DNA of 64,000 nt from an uncultured Bacillota bacterium (GTDB taxonomy: Bacteria > Bacillota_I > Bacilli_A > Erysipelotrichales > Coprobacillaceae), in assembly GCA_949290865.1 (NCBI GenBank), contig CASETM010000074.1, positions 26,998 to 90,997 of the forward strand, written 5' to 3'. Positions 28,092 through 38,833 of this stretch are shown here, piece after piece. The notes below the pieces were generated by a model that saw only the letters and a program-made list of their open reading frames with translations, made no database searches and was not told where the DNA came from. A program made the translations under genes and the position numbers. Position 1 is the first letter of the stretch, and the number at the start of each line of letters is the position of its first letter.

Positions 28092-29195
28092 ATGGCATTT
28101 TTATTTTTTGGTGGCAAAAGAAGAATTACGAAAGGTTTTTTTGTCAACTCTTTTGGAAATAATCAGACAAGAGGAATCTATACTTTTCAGATTGATGTAG
28201 AAAATGGAGAACTACTGTTTAAAAGACATTTTTCGACTCCTAGTGATCCTTTATATGCGTTTAACTTTGGAAGATTTTCATGTATTACATATCGAAACAG
28301 AACAGGTTCTGCTGATGACGGTGGGATCTGTGAATATGCAGCAACAGCAGAAACACTTGCTTTGGTTTCCAGAGTAAGTGATAAAGGGAAAACATATATC
28401 CATGCCTGTACAAATGGCGATCTGGAAACAGCTGATAAACTGTTTGCAGTTGATTATTACAATGGAGAAGTTGTTACTTTTGCTATACACAAGAAAAAAC
28501 TGCTGAAAAAAACAGGAACCTATAAATTCAGTGGCAAAGGTGTCGATGAAGTGAAGCAGGCTGCTCCTTATCCTGTCTATGTGGATTTTTTACCTGATCA
28601 AAATAAACTCTATGTTGTTTGTCTTGGTTTGGATAAGATCTGTTTATTTGATGTTGAAGATAATGGGAATCTGGTTTACGATAATGTTAATTCATTATCG
28701 CTTAAACCAGGCAGTGGCCCAAGAAAAATGATTTTTAATCAGGCAGGAAATCGTGCTTATATCATGAATGAGCTCAATAGCACAATAGAAGTCTATAAAT
28801 ATGAAAAATTGAAATTTGAATTATTGCAGACGATTGATACATATCCAAAAGATGATGATGAAGACTATGATAATGTGCCAACAGATATAAAAATGAATTT
28901 TGACGAAGATCATCTGTATATCACAAATAAAGGTCATGATTCTTTAGCACTATTTTTGATTAATGAAGATGGAACATTGGCATATACTGATTTTGAAGAT
29001 ACCTCTCCTGATCCAGTCAATATGCTGATCTATACTGAAGAAGGAAATGAATGGATCGTTGTTGCCTGTCAAAAAGGGGGTATCATTGAATCATATCGTT
29101 ATTCTCGTGACAAAGGCGGAATGGTCATTGAAACAGAGTATAGCTGTATGGTCAATGAACCAGTATGTATGACACCATTTATCAATAATTTTTAA
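28092..29195 (+). CDS. pgl: 6-phosphogluconolactonase-like 7-bladed beta-propeller lactonase
   Basis: LGLDKI, GSGPRK..F, NELNSTI, TNKGHDSLA. Confidence 0.75.
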   Translation: MAFLFFGGKRRITKGFFVNSFGNNQTRGIYTFQIDVENGELLFKRHFSTPSDPLYAFNFGRFSCITYRNRTGSADDGGICEYAATAETLALVSRVSDKGKTYIHACTNGDLETADKLFAVDYYNGEVVTFAIHKKKLLKKTGTYKFSGKGVDEVKQAAPYPVYVDFLPDQNKLYVVCLGLDKICLFDVEDNGNLVYDNVNSLSLKPGSGPRKMIFNQAGNRAYIMNELNSTIEVYKYEKLKFELLQTIDTYPKDDDEDYDNVPTDIKMNFDEDHLYITNKGHDSLALFLINEDGTLAYTDFEDTSPDPVNMLIYTEEGNEWIVVACQKGGIIESYRYSRDKGGMVIETEYSCMVNEPVCMTPFINNF

Positions 29196-29273
29196 GGTAA
29201 CAGTTGTTACCTTTTTTCTTTGGTTGAATATCCTGACAAAATAACTTATAATATTACAGAATGGAGAGATCAT

Positions 29274-30350
29274 ATGGAAAATATAAAAAAGATCGACAAA
29301 AAAAAGAAGATAATTGCTGCCGTCATGATCATACTGATCTGTTTTGCAGGCAGCATGCTTATTTACTATTTTAACGGTATCAAGGCGGTATCAGCCAAAG
29401 ACAAGGAAGTTGTTGTTGAAATTCCTAAAGGCAGCAATGGTACGGAAATTATTGCTATTCTTGATGAAAAAGGTTTGATCAAAAGTCAGCTTTGTGCCCA
29501 AATATTCCTGAAATTTCATTCTTATGATTTTAAAAGTAATGGCTATATACTGAATAAGAATATGGATCTTGCAGAAATATTTCAAGTGTTGGAAGGAAAT
29601 GATAAAGAGTATATTTCCAATATAAAAATTACTGTTATTGATGGTCAAACGATTCCTGAATTTGCGAAAAGTATCGCAGAGGTAACCGGAATCAATAATG
29701 ATGATATTATTGCAAAATGGAATGATCGAACATATCTGCAGACACTCATCGATAAATACTGGTTCTTGAATGATGATATTCTCACTGAAGGTATTTACTA
29801 TCCTTTAGAAGGTTATCTGGCACCAGAAACATATTTTTTAACGTCAGAAACATGTAATATTGAAGATATTACCATAATGATGTTAGATCAAAGTGAAAAG
29901 CATTTGGAAAAATACAAAGACCAAATAGAAAATTTCGAAATAAATGGACAAAAACAGACGGTTCATCAGTTTATGACATTGGCTTCCATGGTGCAAAAAG
30001 AGTCACCTGCCAATGATGAGGATCGTCAGATCATTGCCGGAATCTTTATTAATCGATTAAATAAACCGATGCGACTGCAAAGTGATGTTACAGTTAATTA
30101 TGGCAATCAGGTTACAAAAGTTGATGTCAATTACAACGATCTGAGCAGTGATTCAAAATACAATACCTATCGTTATGATGGTCTGCCTGTGGGACCAATT
30201 AGTGCAGTTTCTACTGATGTGATCAAAGATACCTTGAATTATAAGACAACGGATTATTATTTCTTTTTTGCAACCAAAAAGCAAGAAGTTCTCTACGCCA
30301 AGACGTTAGAAGAACATCAAAAAAATGTAAGTGAGAATAAGTGGTACTGA
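29274..30350 (+). CDS. mltG: Endolytic peptidoglycan transglycosylase
   Basis: N-terminal TM helix; LEGYLAPETY, LASMVQKE, LQSDVT, YNTY..GLPVGPI, YYFF. Confidence 0.92.
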   Translation: MENIKKIDKKKKIIAAVMIILICFAGSMLIYYFNGIKAVSAKDKEVVVEIPKGSNGTEIIAILDEKGLIKSQLCAQIFLKFHSYDFKSNGYILNKNMDLAEIFQVLEGNDKEYISNIKITVIDGQTIPEFAKSIAEVTGINNDDIIAKWNDRTYLQTLIDKYWFLNDDILTEGIYYPLEGYLAPETYFLTSETCNIEDITIMMLDQSEKHLEKYKDQIENFEINGQKQTVHQFMTLASMVQKESPANDEDRQIIAGIFINRLNKPMRLQSDVTVNYGNQVTKVDVNYNDLSSDSKYNTYRYDGLPVGPISAVSTDVIKDTLNYKTTDYYFFFATKKQEVLYAKTLEEHQKNVSENKWY

Positions 30351-30351
30351 T

Positions 30352-30945
30352 ATGAAATATTATGATGATATTGAAAAAAATGCTTTAAGCAGAAGAATAC
30401 CGGTCATGCAAAAAGAAGGATTGGAATTTCTGATCGAAACTTTTCAGAAAAACAGCTGTCATTACTGTTTAGAAATCGGCAGTGCGATTGGCTATTCAGC
30501 GATGATGATGGTCAGTAATATTGAAGATTTTCATGTAGAAACAATCGAACTTGATGAAACAAGATATAGAGAAGCAGTTGAAAATATCACTACTCATGGA
30601 TTTAATGACAGTATCAAAATACATCTGGCTGATGCTTTAACTTTTGATATCAGCCATTTCAGATATCAGCAGTTTGACTGTCTGTTTATCGATGCGGCAA
30701 AGGCACAGTATCAGAAATTTTTTGAAAAATATATGCCTTTGGTCAAAGAGCATGGAATATGTATTGTTGATAATCTGGATTTCCATGGAATGGTCTTTGA
30801 TATCGACAACATCAAAAACAGAAACACAAGACAGCTGGTCAAGAAAATCAAAAGATTCAAAGACTGGATCTTTAATCATGATGAATATGATGTAGAATAT
30901 CATGCCGTTGGTGATGGAATCTGCATCATTAAAAGAAAGGGATAG
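30352..30945 (+). CDS. trmR: O-methyltransferase, YrrM/TrmR-like (tRNA ho5U methyltransferase)
   Basis: LEIGSAIGYSA, FIDAAKAQY, DN..FHG; synteny mltG-yrrM-yrrN-yrrO-udk. Confidence 0.8.
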   Translation: MKYYDDIEKNALSRRIPVMQKEGLEFLIETFQKNSCHYCLEIGSAIGYSAMMMVSNIEDFHVETIELDETRYREAVENITTHGFNDSIKIHLADALTFDISHFRYQQFDCLFIDAAKAQYQKFFEKYMPLVKEHGICIVDNLDFHGMVFDIDNIKNRNTRQLVKKIKRFKDWIFNHDEYDVEYHAVGDGICIIKRKG

Positions 30946-30947
30946 AA

Positions 30948-31889
30948 ATGGCTTTAATTGTAAATTTAAACAGTTTAGATCATATATATGATTATTTAAG
31001 TCTGGGAGTAAATCATTTTATCGTTGGTTCAACGCGCTTTTCCTGTCGTCAGGCCATGACTTTGACATATCAGGAAATTGAACAGCTTAAGCAGTGTGAT
31101 GATCAGATTCGTGTATTTGTTCTGGTTAATGCCCTGATTGAACAACATCTGCTACCACAGCTGGAAGAACATCTTCATCATTTGGAAGAGCACCATGTTG
31201 ATGGTATTATCTTTCAGGATTTTGGTGTTTTACAGATCTGCAAAGAACACCATTACACATTTGAAAAGATATACATGCCTGATACTTTAAATACAAATGA
31301 TATGACTTTATCAGTTTTACATGATCAGGGTGTAGAAGGAGCCTTTCTGGCAAGAGAAATACCGCTATCAGAAAAACAGATCATCAATGAACGGGTAAAA
31401 ATGAAAACCATGGTACAGATTCATGGTGTTGAATATATGGCTTATTCAAAAAGAAAACTTTTAACAAGCTATAAGGAAGTAACACAGTTGGATTTTCCTG
31501 TCGATAAAGGTGAAGATATTCAGATTCAGGCCAATGGTGTTGATTCACGCTGTCATATTTATGAAGATGATTATGGTACTCATATTCTTTCGTGCAGACA
31601 AATCTGTACATTGGATGTTTTAAATCAGTTCCTTGATTTTGACTATTTAATGATTGATGGTCAGTATTGTCCGGGCACTGTTCTTTTAGAAATCGTTAAT
31701 CTATACGTTGAGGCTTTGGAATTTATCAATGAAGGTAAATATGCAAAAGAATCAATTGAACTGATGCATTTATTATATCGATTAACACCAGGAATCGAAT
31801 ATTATCATAGTTTTTTATTTGATTCGACTGTTTATAAGATTGCTGATGTAAGGAAGAGGGAAAATGAAGAAAATAAGTCAAATAATTAA
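30948..31889 (+). CDS. trhP1: Peptidase U32 family protein, YrrN/TrhP1-like
   Basis: LAREI.L.E, HG...MAYSKRKLL; directly upstream of the second U32 gene. Confidence 0.75.
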   Translation: MALIVNLNSLDHIYDYLSLGVNHFIVGSTRFSCRQAMTLTYQEIEQLKQCDDQIRVFVLVNALIEQHLLPQLEEHLHHLEEHHVDGIIFQDFGVLQICKEHHYTFEKIYMPDTLNTNDMTLSVLHDQGVEGAFLAREIPLSEKQIINERVKMKTMVQIHGVEYMAYSKRKLLTSYKEVTQLDFPVDKGEDIQIQANGVDSRCHIYEDDYGTHILSCRQICTLDVLNQFLDFDYLMIDGQYCPGTVLLEIVNLYVEALEFINEGKYAKESIELMHLLYRLTPGIEYYHSFLFDSTVYKIADVRKRENEENKSNN

Positions 31890-33120
31890 TGGGGAAAGGG
31901 TTATTACAAAAAAACCGGAATTATTGGCACCAGCAGGAAATCTAGAAAAACTGAAAGTAGCTGTTCTGTATGGTGCAGATGCTGTTTTTATTGGGGGCAA
32001 AGAATTTTCACTGCGTTCCAGTGCTTCGAATTTTTCTTTGGATGACATTAAAGAAGCTGTTGAATTTGCACATACACATCATGCCAAGATCCATGTGACT
32101 TGCAATATTATTTTACATGTTGATAATCTTAAGGGATTAAAAGAATATCTGAAAACGTTGGATGATATTGGTGTTGATGCAATTATTGTTGCTGATCCTT
32201 ATATTATTCATCTAGCCAAAGAAATGATGCTTAAGCTGGAAGTTCATGTTTCTACACAGCTTTCAACAATGAATACCAGCGCAATTGCTTTTTATCAGGG
32301 ATTGGGTGTTGATCGTGTTGTTTTAGCGAGAGAAGTAAATGGTGACGATCTTAAAAAAATCAGAGAAAAGGTAGATATCGATCTTGAATATTTTATCCAT
32401 GGAGCAATGTGTATCCATTATTCAGGAAGATGTATGTTGTCAAATTATTTTTCAAGAAGAGATGCCAACAGAGGCGGATGTTCTCAGTCCTGTCGCTGGT
32501 ACTATGATATTTTTGATCAGGATCAGCAGTTAAACAACGAGCAAACTGTTCCTTTCAGTATGTCCAGCAAGGATATGGCACTGATCGATCATATTCCTGA
32601 ACTGATCGAAATGGGTATTGATTCTTTCAAGATTGAAGGAAGAATGAAATCGCTGCATTATATTGCCACTGTTGTTTCGACCTACCGTAAACTGATTGAC
32701 GATTACTGTAAAGATCCAGATCATTTTGTGTATACGGATAAATATCGAAAAGAGATTCAAAAGGCAGCCAATCGTGCTTTATGCAATGGCTTTTTTAAAG
32801 AATTTCCCACAAGTGAATATCAGCTGTATAATCAAAGAGATGAACATCCTACTCAGGATTTCTGTGTGAGAGTTCTGCATTATGACGAATGTCATCATCA
32901 GGTCATGATCGAACAACGTAATTATTTTAAGGTAGGAGATTTTGTTGAGTTTTTTTCACCTCATCATGATAATGTTATCATTGAAGTAAAAAAAATTTAT
33001 AACGAAGACCATGAAGAAATAGAAGTTGCCAACCATCCAATGCAAATTCTTTATCTGGATGTCGACGAAAAATTATTTGAAAATGATATGGGAAGGAAGG
33101 TCTTCACTGATGCAAAATAG
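31864..33120 (+). CDS. trhP2: Peptidase U32 family protein, YrrO/TrhP2-like (tRNA hydroxylation)
   Basis: [55 protein letters not shown]. Confidence 0.85.
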   Translation: MKKISQIINGERVITKKPELLAPAGNLEKLKVAVLYGADAVFIGGKEFSLRSSASNFSLDDIKEAVEFAHTHHAKIHVTCNIILHVDNLKGLKEYLKTLDDIGVDAIIVADPYIIHLAKEMMLKLEVHVSTQLSTMNTSAIAFYQGLGVDRVVLAREVNGDDLKKIREKVDIDLEYFIHGAMCIHYSGRCMLSNYFSRRDANRGGCSQSCRWYYDIFDQDQQLNNEQTVPFSMSSKDMALIDHIPELIEMGIDSFKIEGRMKSLHYIATVVSTYRKLIDDYCKDPDHFVYTDKYRKEIQKAANRALCNGFFKEFPTSEYQLYNQRDEHPTQDFCVRVLHYDECHHQVMIEQRNYFKVGDFVEFFSPHHDNVIIEVKKIYNEDHEEIEVANHPMQILYLDVDEKLFENDMGRKVFTDAK

Positions 33121-33739
33121 TATTATCATAGGTATTGCTGGTGGCAGTGCTTCTGGCAAGACATCCATCTCAAGACAGATTTATGAATATTTTAAGGGCA
33201 GTCATACGACATGTATTATCAAACAGGATGATTATTATAAAGATCAAAGTCACCTTTCTTTTGATGAAAGAGTTAAAACCAACTACGATCATCCATTTGC
33301 TTTTGACAATGATCTGCTCGTTGAACAGTTGACACTATTAAAAGCAGGACAAACAATTCAAAAACCTACATATGATTTTACAAAGCATACACGCAGTCAG
33401 GTACTTGAAACAATTGAACCGCGAGATGTTTATATTCTGGAAGGATTATTTATATTATATGATGTGAAAATACGTGAAATGTGTGATATACTTATTTATG
33501 TTGACACTGATGCAGATATTCGTTTTATTAGACGATTAAAACGAGATATCGAAGAAAGAGGGCGATCTTTAGATTCAATCTGTCAGCAGTATTTAGATAC
33601 GGTCCGTCCGATGCATGAGCAGTTTGTCGAACCATCAAAAAGATATGCTCATTTGATTATTCCTGAAGGGGGTACTAATACGGTAGCCATAGATCTACTG
33701 ATTACTAAAATTTCCAGTGTCATCGAAAAAAGAAAATAG
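33110..33739 (+). CDS. udk: Uridine kinase
   Basis: [42 protein letters not shown]. Confidence 0.96.
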   Translation: MQNSIIIGIAGGSASGKTSISRQIYEYFKGSHTTCIIKQDDYYKDQSHLSFDERVKTNYDHPFAFDNDLLVEQLTLLKAGQTIQKPTYDFTKHTRSQVLETIEPRDVYILEGLFILYDVKIREMCDILIYVDTDADIRFIRRLKRDIEERGRSLDSICQQYLDTVRPMHEQFVEPSKRYAHLIIPEGGTNTVAIDLLITKISSVIEKRK

Positions 33740-33750
33740 GAGGGGATATT

Positions 33751-34320
33751 TTGGCATTTTGTATTAAATGTGGACAATCATTAAATGATAGCGATGTTTT
33801 CTGTCCAAATTGCGGATGGAGAATTGAACAAAAAAGTAATTCAATATCTCAAAATAACGGAAATAATAGTGTGAATTTTGATAATACTTTTCACAATAAT
33901 AACTTTAATAAAGCAGACATTTTGTCTCAAAACAAAGGAATTAATATCATTGGTTTATTTGCTTCTATTGTTATTGCTGTAGGAAGTTTTATGCCAGTAT
34001 ATTATGATCGCTCGGGATTTCAGTTTCGAAGTGACAATTTTTATAGCTATGCTGAATTTAAATGGATTATTTTAATTCTAGCTGTCGTTACTGCACTAGC
34101 AATTATTATGAACAATGATGTCTTGGCATTAATTTCAGGGATTTTTTCAAGTGGCCTTTGTTTTTTAGAAGTTATAAATTATCATTCATATTTAAGTAAA
34201 TTACAGCAACTGTCACCTAAAGCAAATGAATATTTGAATAAACAAATGGGATATTATATTCTATTAATTGGTGTGATAGTGCTTATAGTTTCTTTAATAT
34301 TCAGAAAAATAAAAACTTAG
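33751..34320 (+). CDS. Zinc-ribbon membrane protein (paralog 1)
   Basis: TTG start after AGGAGG; CIKCG...FCPNCG; 3-4 C-terminal TM helices. Confidence 0.8.
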   Translation: MAFCIKCGQSLNDSDVFCPNCGWRIEQKSNSISQNNGNNSVNFDNTFHNNNFNKADILSQNKGINIIGLFASIVIAVGSFMPVYYDRSGFQFRSDNFYSYAEFKWIILILAVVTALAIIMNNDVLALISGIFSSGLCFLEVINYHSYLSKLQQLSPKANEYLNKQMGYYILLIGVIVLIVSLIFRKIKT

Positions 34321-34351
34321 TTTAATATTAGAAAAACAGGGAGGAAAGAAT

Positions 34352-34957
34352 ATGGCATTCTGTATTAAATGTGGACAACAATTGAAAGACAATGATGTTT
34401 TTTGTCCAAATTGTGGAACACCAGTAGAAAAAAACAAGAAAATGGAATCATCTGATCAAAGAATAGTGGGTTACCAAGATCAGATATTCGATACATTTAG
34501 TGAAATGAAAAATACAACAGTTGATTACTTTCAAAACGATCGTTCAGGATTTATTGATAAATTTATTGGTCAGAATAATGTTGTTGGATTATTAGCGTGT
34601 GCACTTATCCTGATTGCTAATTTCTTACCATTTGCATCAGTTTCCTTATATAGTTATTCACAAAGTGTTTCGCTGATGGATAGTGGAAAAGATGGCATCA
34701 TATTCTTGGTTGCTGCAATCGTTACTATTGTTTTTATCATTTTGAAAAATGATATGCTTGCTCTTATTGCTGGTGTGATTACTGGTGGATTAGGCATTTA
34801 TGAAATACTGTATACTACTTCGCATTTACCGGATACTAATTTGCAATTAGGTTCTTATGGGGCCTATGTTGATAAAGGTGCTGGATATTATCTGCTGTTA
34901 ATTGGAGCAGTATTACTGTTGGCTTCAGTAATTGTTAAAAAATTTGTCATAAAATAG
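34352..34957 (+). CDS. Zinc-ribbon membrane protein (paralog 2)
   Basis: CIKCG...FCPNCG; TM region aligns with paralog 1 (G..LL.IG..LL). Confidence 0.82.
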   Translation: MAFCIKCGQQLKDNDVFCPNCGTPVEKNKKMESSDQRIVGYQDQIFDTFSEMKNTTVDYFQNDRSGFIDKFIGQNNVVGLLACALILIANFLPFASVSLYSYSQSVSLMDSGKDGIIFLVAAIVTIVFIILKNDMLALIAGVITGGLGIYEILYTTSHLPDTNLQLGSYGAYVDKGAGYYLLLIGAVLLLASVIVKKFVIK

Positions 34958-34965
34958 AAGATGGG

Positions 34966-34995
34966 GATACTTCTTATAACGAAGTATCTTTTTTT
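34966..34995 (+). terminator. Intrinsic terminator
   Basis: GATACTTC-TTATAAC-GAAGTATC-T7. Confidence 0.8.
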
Positions 34996-35080
34996 AAAGA
35001 ATATATTACATATAACGTCTTTTATTTTGACTGGATATTTATTCTATATTATGTTATATTATTTTATGCGAGGTGAAATC

Positions 35081-35578
35081 ATGGATAAAGATAAAGTATT
35101 GCTTACCAAAAGCGGTGTTGAAAAACTTGAAAAAGAAAGAGATAATTTAATAAATGTTGAAAGACCGCGAGTCATCGAAGAATTACAGCTGGCTCGTTCA
35201 CAAGGTGACTTATCTGAAAACGCTGATTATGATGCAGCTAGAGATAAACAGGCGCAAATTGAACAAAGAATCAAAGAAATTGATTATATGCTTCAAAATG
35301 CAGAAGTTATTTCAGAAGAAGAAATGGATCTTAATATTGTTAAGCCTGGAACAACAGTAACGATTCTGGATTTATCAGAAGAAGATCCTGAAGAAGAAAA
35401 ATACAAGATCGTTGGGGCATTTGAAACAGATCCATTGAATGGAAAAATTTCAAATGAATCTCCTCTGGCAAAAGCACTTCTTGGTCATGGAATCAATGAA
35501 ATCGTAACCGTGGCAGTTGCTGAAGCCTATGATGTAAAAATAACAAATATTGAATTTTTAGCTGAAGACAACGACTAA
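35081..35578 (+). CDS. greA: Transcription elongation factor GreA
   Basis: ARSQGDLSENADYDAA, ISNESPLAKALLG; GAGGTG SD before ATG 35081. Confidence 0.96.
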   Translation: MDKDKVLLTKSGVEKLEKERDNLINVERPRVIEELQLARSQGDLSENADYDAARDKQAQIEQRIKEIDYMLQNAEVISEEEMDLNIVKPGTTVTILDLSEEDPEEEKYKIVGAFETDPLNGKISNESPLAKALLGHGINEIVTVAVAEAYDVKITNIEFLAEDND

Positions 35579-35925
35579 CCGTCGTTGTTTTTCTTTAGGT
35601 AATTCAAAATGAAAAAAACAGCAACGATCAGCAACGGTTTAATCAGTATCCATAGATCAAATGAAAGAGTCACTGCAAATGATATGATCAGATAACTAAG
35701 CGCATATCCAATAGCATACAAAACTGGTTTCTGTTTTACAAGTTTAAAAAGATATAGACATGATACCAGCAGGATCATATAGCTGAAAATATGGATGATC
35801 AGCTCATACAGGAGTGATGACAGATGAATAAAAGTACAGAAAACGGCCATAACAAAACTGATTAGAAAATAAGAAATCATTAAAAATAAATATGTCTTTA
35901 AAAAAGGAATTAACTGTTTTTTCAT
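35575..35925 (-). CDS. Small four-TM hypothetical membrane protein
   Basis: 116-aa hydrophobic ORF with GGAGG SD; divergent from the DUF421 gene. Confidence 0.7.
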   Translation of the reverse strand: MKKQLIPFLKTYLFLMISYFLISFVMAVFCTFIHLSSLLYELIIHIFSYMILLVSCLYLFKLVKQKPVLYAIGYALSYLIISFAVTLSFDLWILIKPLLIVAVFFILNYLKKNNDG

Positions 35926-35978
35926 AAATGCCTCCTAATTCAACATATTAAAAAAAACAGTTAATAGAACGGAGAGTT

Positions 35979-36605
35979 ATGATAAAAATATTTATTTTAT
36001 CAGTTTTTATTTATATTTATTTAACAATTCTGTTAAGACTGATTGGAAAAAAAGAATTCAGTCAGCTGAATGTCTTTGATTTTGTCGTTTTTCTGATTAT
36101 TTCTGAAATCATGACAATGTCACTAGAAACGCATGAACTGACTGTCATTGACAGTGTGATTGCCACCATCACACTTATTGTACTGGACAGATTAGAATCA
36201 ATCTTAACGATCCACTCAAAAAAAATCAGAGATTTGCTTGAAGGAACACCATGCTATATTATTTTTCATGGAAAAATACAATACGATCATATGAAAAAGT
36301 TAAGATACAGTATTGATGATCTGTGTCATCATTTAAGGGTCAATAATATTGACAGTGTGTCAAAAGTTGAGTATGCCGTTTTAGAAACAAACGGATCATT
36401 ATCTGTTATTGAAAAGGATCAAAGCATCACCAACATTCCTGACGCCTTGGTTTGTGATGGTAGTATTAATGAGGTTGCTTTAAAAATGCTCAATAAAGAC
36501 CGCCAATGGCTGATCGATGAATTAAAAAAGAAAGGTATTCATTCGTATCATGAAGTCCTTTACTGTATTATGGAAAAACAAGGACTTTATGTTATCAAAA
36601 AATAG
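35979..36605 (+). CDS. DUF421/YetF-domain membrane protein
   Basis: GKKEFSQLNVFDFV, LEG.P..II..G.I, AVLETNGSLSV. Confidence 0.9.
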   Translation: MIKIFILSVFIYIYLTILLRLIGKKEFSQLNVFDFVVFLIISEIMTMSLETHELTVIDSVIATITLIVLDRLESILTIHSKKIRDLLEGTPCYIIFHGKIQYDHMKKLRYSIDDLCHHLRVNNIDSVSKVEYAVLETNGSLSVIEKDQSITNIPDALVCDGSINEVALKMLNKDRQWLIDELKKKGIHSYHEVLYCIMEKQGLYVIKK

Positions 36606-36616
36606 CTACTCAGTAG

Positions 36617-37402
36617 CTATCCAAAAATAATATCTAAAAACATCATGATAATAAAGCCGATCATAAAACTTATTGTCCCAGTATCGATTTCTTTGGTTGC
36701 ATTGGCTTCTGGAATCAGCTCTTCAATACAGACAAACATCATTGCTCCAGCAGCAAAACTCAAGGCAAAAGGCAGGATATTGTGAAAAAAGCTGGCAAAC
36801 AGAAATCCAATCATTGCACTTGGAATTTCAACCATTGCTGAAAACTGACCATACATCATGGAACGAAAACGACTGATTCCCGATTGATGCATTGGTAAAG
36901 AAATCGCAGTTCCTTCGGGGAAATTCTGAATACCAATCCCAACTGACAGAATTAAAGCTGGCAAAAAATTATGCTGAGCACCGGCAAAAGCAATTCCGAC
37001 GGCCAATCCTTCAGGAATATTATGAAGGGTCATGGCCAGCATCAGCAGTTTGTTTTTTGAAATCGCGGCTTTTGGTCCTTCTATTTCGTGCGACAGCAGA
37101 TGTTCATGAGGCAGGTATTTGTCACAAAGCCTTAAAAAAAGACCACCGGTCAAAAAACCGAGAGGAATGATCAGCAAAGCAGGTTTACTGCCTTCCAGCT
37201 GATCAATCGCAGGAAGCAGCAAAGAAAAAAATGAAGCAGCAATCATAATACCTGCCGCAATTCCCAAAGCAACACTAATTAGTTTATGACTTTCTTTTTT
37301 GACCAGATAAACAAGTGATGAACCAAAGAAAGTCATCAGCCAGTTAAAAACAGACATCATAAAAACCAGTAAATACATATTCATTTCAGATAGATTAATC
37401 AT
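36617..37402 (-). CDS. ZIP-family (ZupT/GufA) metal transporter
   Basis: AAGIMIAASFFSLL, LHNIPEGLAVG, IQNFPEG, AAGAM.FV..EELIPE. Confidence 0.92.
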   Translation of the reverse strand: MINLSEMNMYLLVFMMSVFNWLMTFFGSSLVYLVKKESHKLISVALGIAAGIMIAASFFSLLLPAIDQLEGSKPALLIIPLGFLTGGLFLRLCDKYLPHEHLLSHEIEGPKAAISKNKLLMLAMTLHNIPEGLAVGIAFAGAQHNFLPALILSVGIGIQNFPEGTAISLPMHQSGISRFRSMMYGQFSAMVEIPSAMIGFLFASFFHNILPFALSFAAGAMMFVCIEELIPEANATKEIDTGTISFMIGFIIMMFLDIIFG

Positions 37403-37463
37403 AGGACCTCCTGATTTAATCTATGAATATTTTTACTGGTTTTCTGGGCTTCTGTAAAAATGA

Positions 37464-38717
37464 TTATCTGTTTACATAATCGTAATCGCTGTTATCGATC
37501 GTAATCAGAATTGCTTTTTCAGTCACACGCTGTTTTTTTGTATCGTAAGTTGGCAATACCGTGTATTGAACACGAATATTTCTTTCAACATCTTCATCAT
37601 AGACAAAATCACTTTGTCTAAAGAAAATAGGATCATGATCGTAAACTGAAATATTTCCAAATTCACTGACTTCGTTGTAGTAAACAATCTTTCCAGTTTT
37701 ACGTTCAACATACTGATCAAGATGAGACATGATCAGATCATACATGTCATCATATAGCTGACTGGAATTTTTATCCTGATATTTTTCAGCAACCATTAAC
37801 TGACAAGGTTTATTATGTTCATCACATAATTTTTTGATAAAGGAATCGACAATTGTCATTAGTAGCTGATTTTCTGTCTGATCAGTGGCTTTTTTCACCA
37901 TTTTATAAAGATTCAATAAAGATATATCGTATCCTCTTTCAAAGAAGTCGTAAAGCAGATAGGCATTGGCTTCTTTGATCCTGTTGATCTGGGCGTTAGT
38001 ACGATAAAGTACTTCGTAGAAGTTAACACCTTTGATTCTATTATGTAAAGAAACAAATTCGCGGTTGGCTTCATCATATTCCTTCAATTCTACCAATGAG
38101 CATCCACGATAATATTTGATCCACTGTAAAGCATTATAGTGCCATTTCAGGTTGACTGCTACTGCGTTATTGGCGCATTCAACGCATCCGCGATAATCTT
38201 TTGTTTCATATAAAGCGCGTACCTTTAAACGGAAATATCTTTCCTTGAATGATTCAAATTCTCTGCCATCTTTAGTAATAAAAGGCTTATCAGATAAAAG
38301 TCTGAAATCTAGTTTGTCCAGCATTTTAATAATCAGTTCATAGTTGATTGGTTTTTGATTAAGTGCATACTTGACTGCACGATTGATCGTTGGTTCTGCA
38401 GGAGAGTATTTTTCCTGTTTGCACAGTTCGAGAATTTCATTGAGAATATCAAAAAAGAGATTTTCTTTTTCCTTGATTTTTTCATCATCGATGTTGATAT
38501 ATTTATTGTATAATGCATAGCCATACTGATTGATATAGTTTTTCAGTTCTGGAACCATTGTCAGAAATGTTTTGCCAACTTCGATGGCTTCATCATTTTT
38601 ATCGTTGTTTTTTAATAGTTTAATGAAATCATTTGCTTCAAATTCATTGAACAGACTGGGATCGTCATTAAATTTTTTATAATATCTTTCTATACTTTTT
38701 AATTCATTTTCATTCAT
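37464..38717 (-). CDS. Hypothetical alpha-helical (TPR-like) protein with C-terminal cold-shock-like OB domain
   Basis: Helical repeats; C-terminal TGKIVYYNEVSEFGNI...IFFRQSDF resembles CSD RNP1/RNP2; GAGGTG SD before ATG 38717. Confidence 0.6.
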   Translation of the reverse strand: MNENELKSIERYYKKFNDDPSLFNEFEANDFIKLLKNNDKNDEAIEVGKTFLTMVPELKNYINQYGYALYNKYINIDDEKIKEKENLFFDILNEILELCKQEKYSPAEPTINRAVKYALNQKPINYELIIKMLDKLDFRLLSDKPFITKDGREFESFKERYFRLKVRALYETKDYRGCVECANNAVAVNLKWHYNALQWIKYYRGCSLVELKEYDEANREFVSLHNRIKGVNFYEVLYRTNAQINRIKEANAYLLYDFFERGYDISLLNLYKMVKKATDQTENQLLMTIVDSFIKKLCDEHNKPCQLMVAEKYQDKNSSQLYDDMYDLIMSHLDQYVERKTGKIVYYNEVSEFGNISVYDHDPIFFRQSDFVYDEDVERNIRVQYTVLPTYDTKKQRVTEKAILITIDNSDYDYVNR

Positions 38718-38833
38718 AAAATTCACCTCGATAATTATTATAGCATTTATTTATTATGAATAACATAATAAATTGTTTTTAAAACAAAACTTTTATGATA
38801 TAATAGAGCGGAAAAATTAAGAGGTGAAGAAAG

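Noticed and set aside
38030-38050. ATTATGTAAA resembling the XerD half of a dif site
   Set aside because: It lies inside a CDS with no matching XerC arm, and there is no switch in gene orientation around it.
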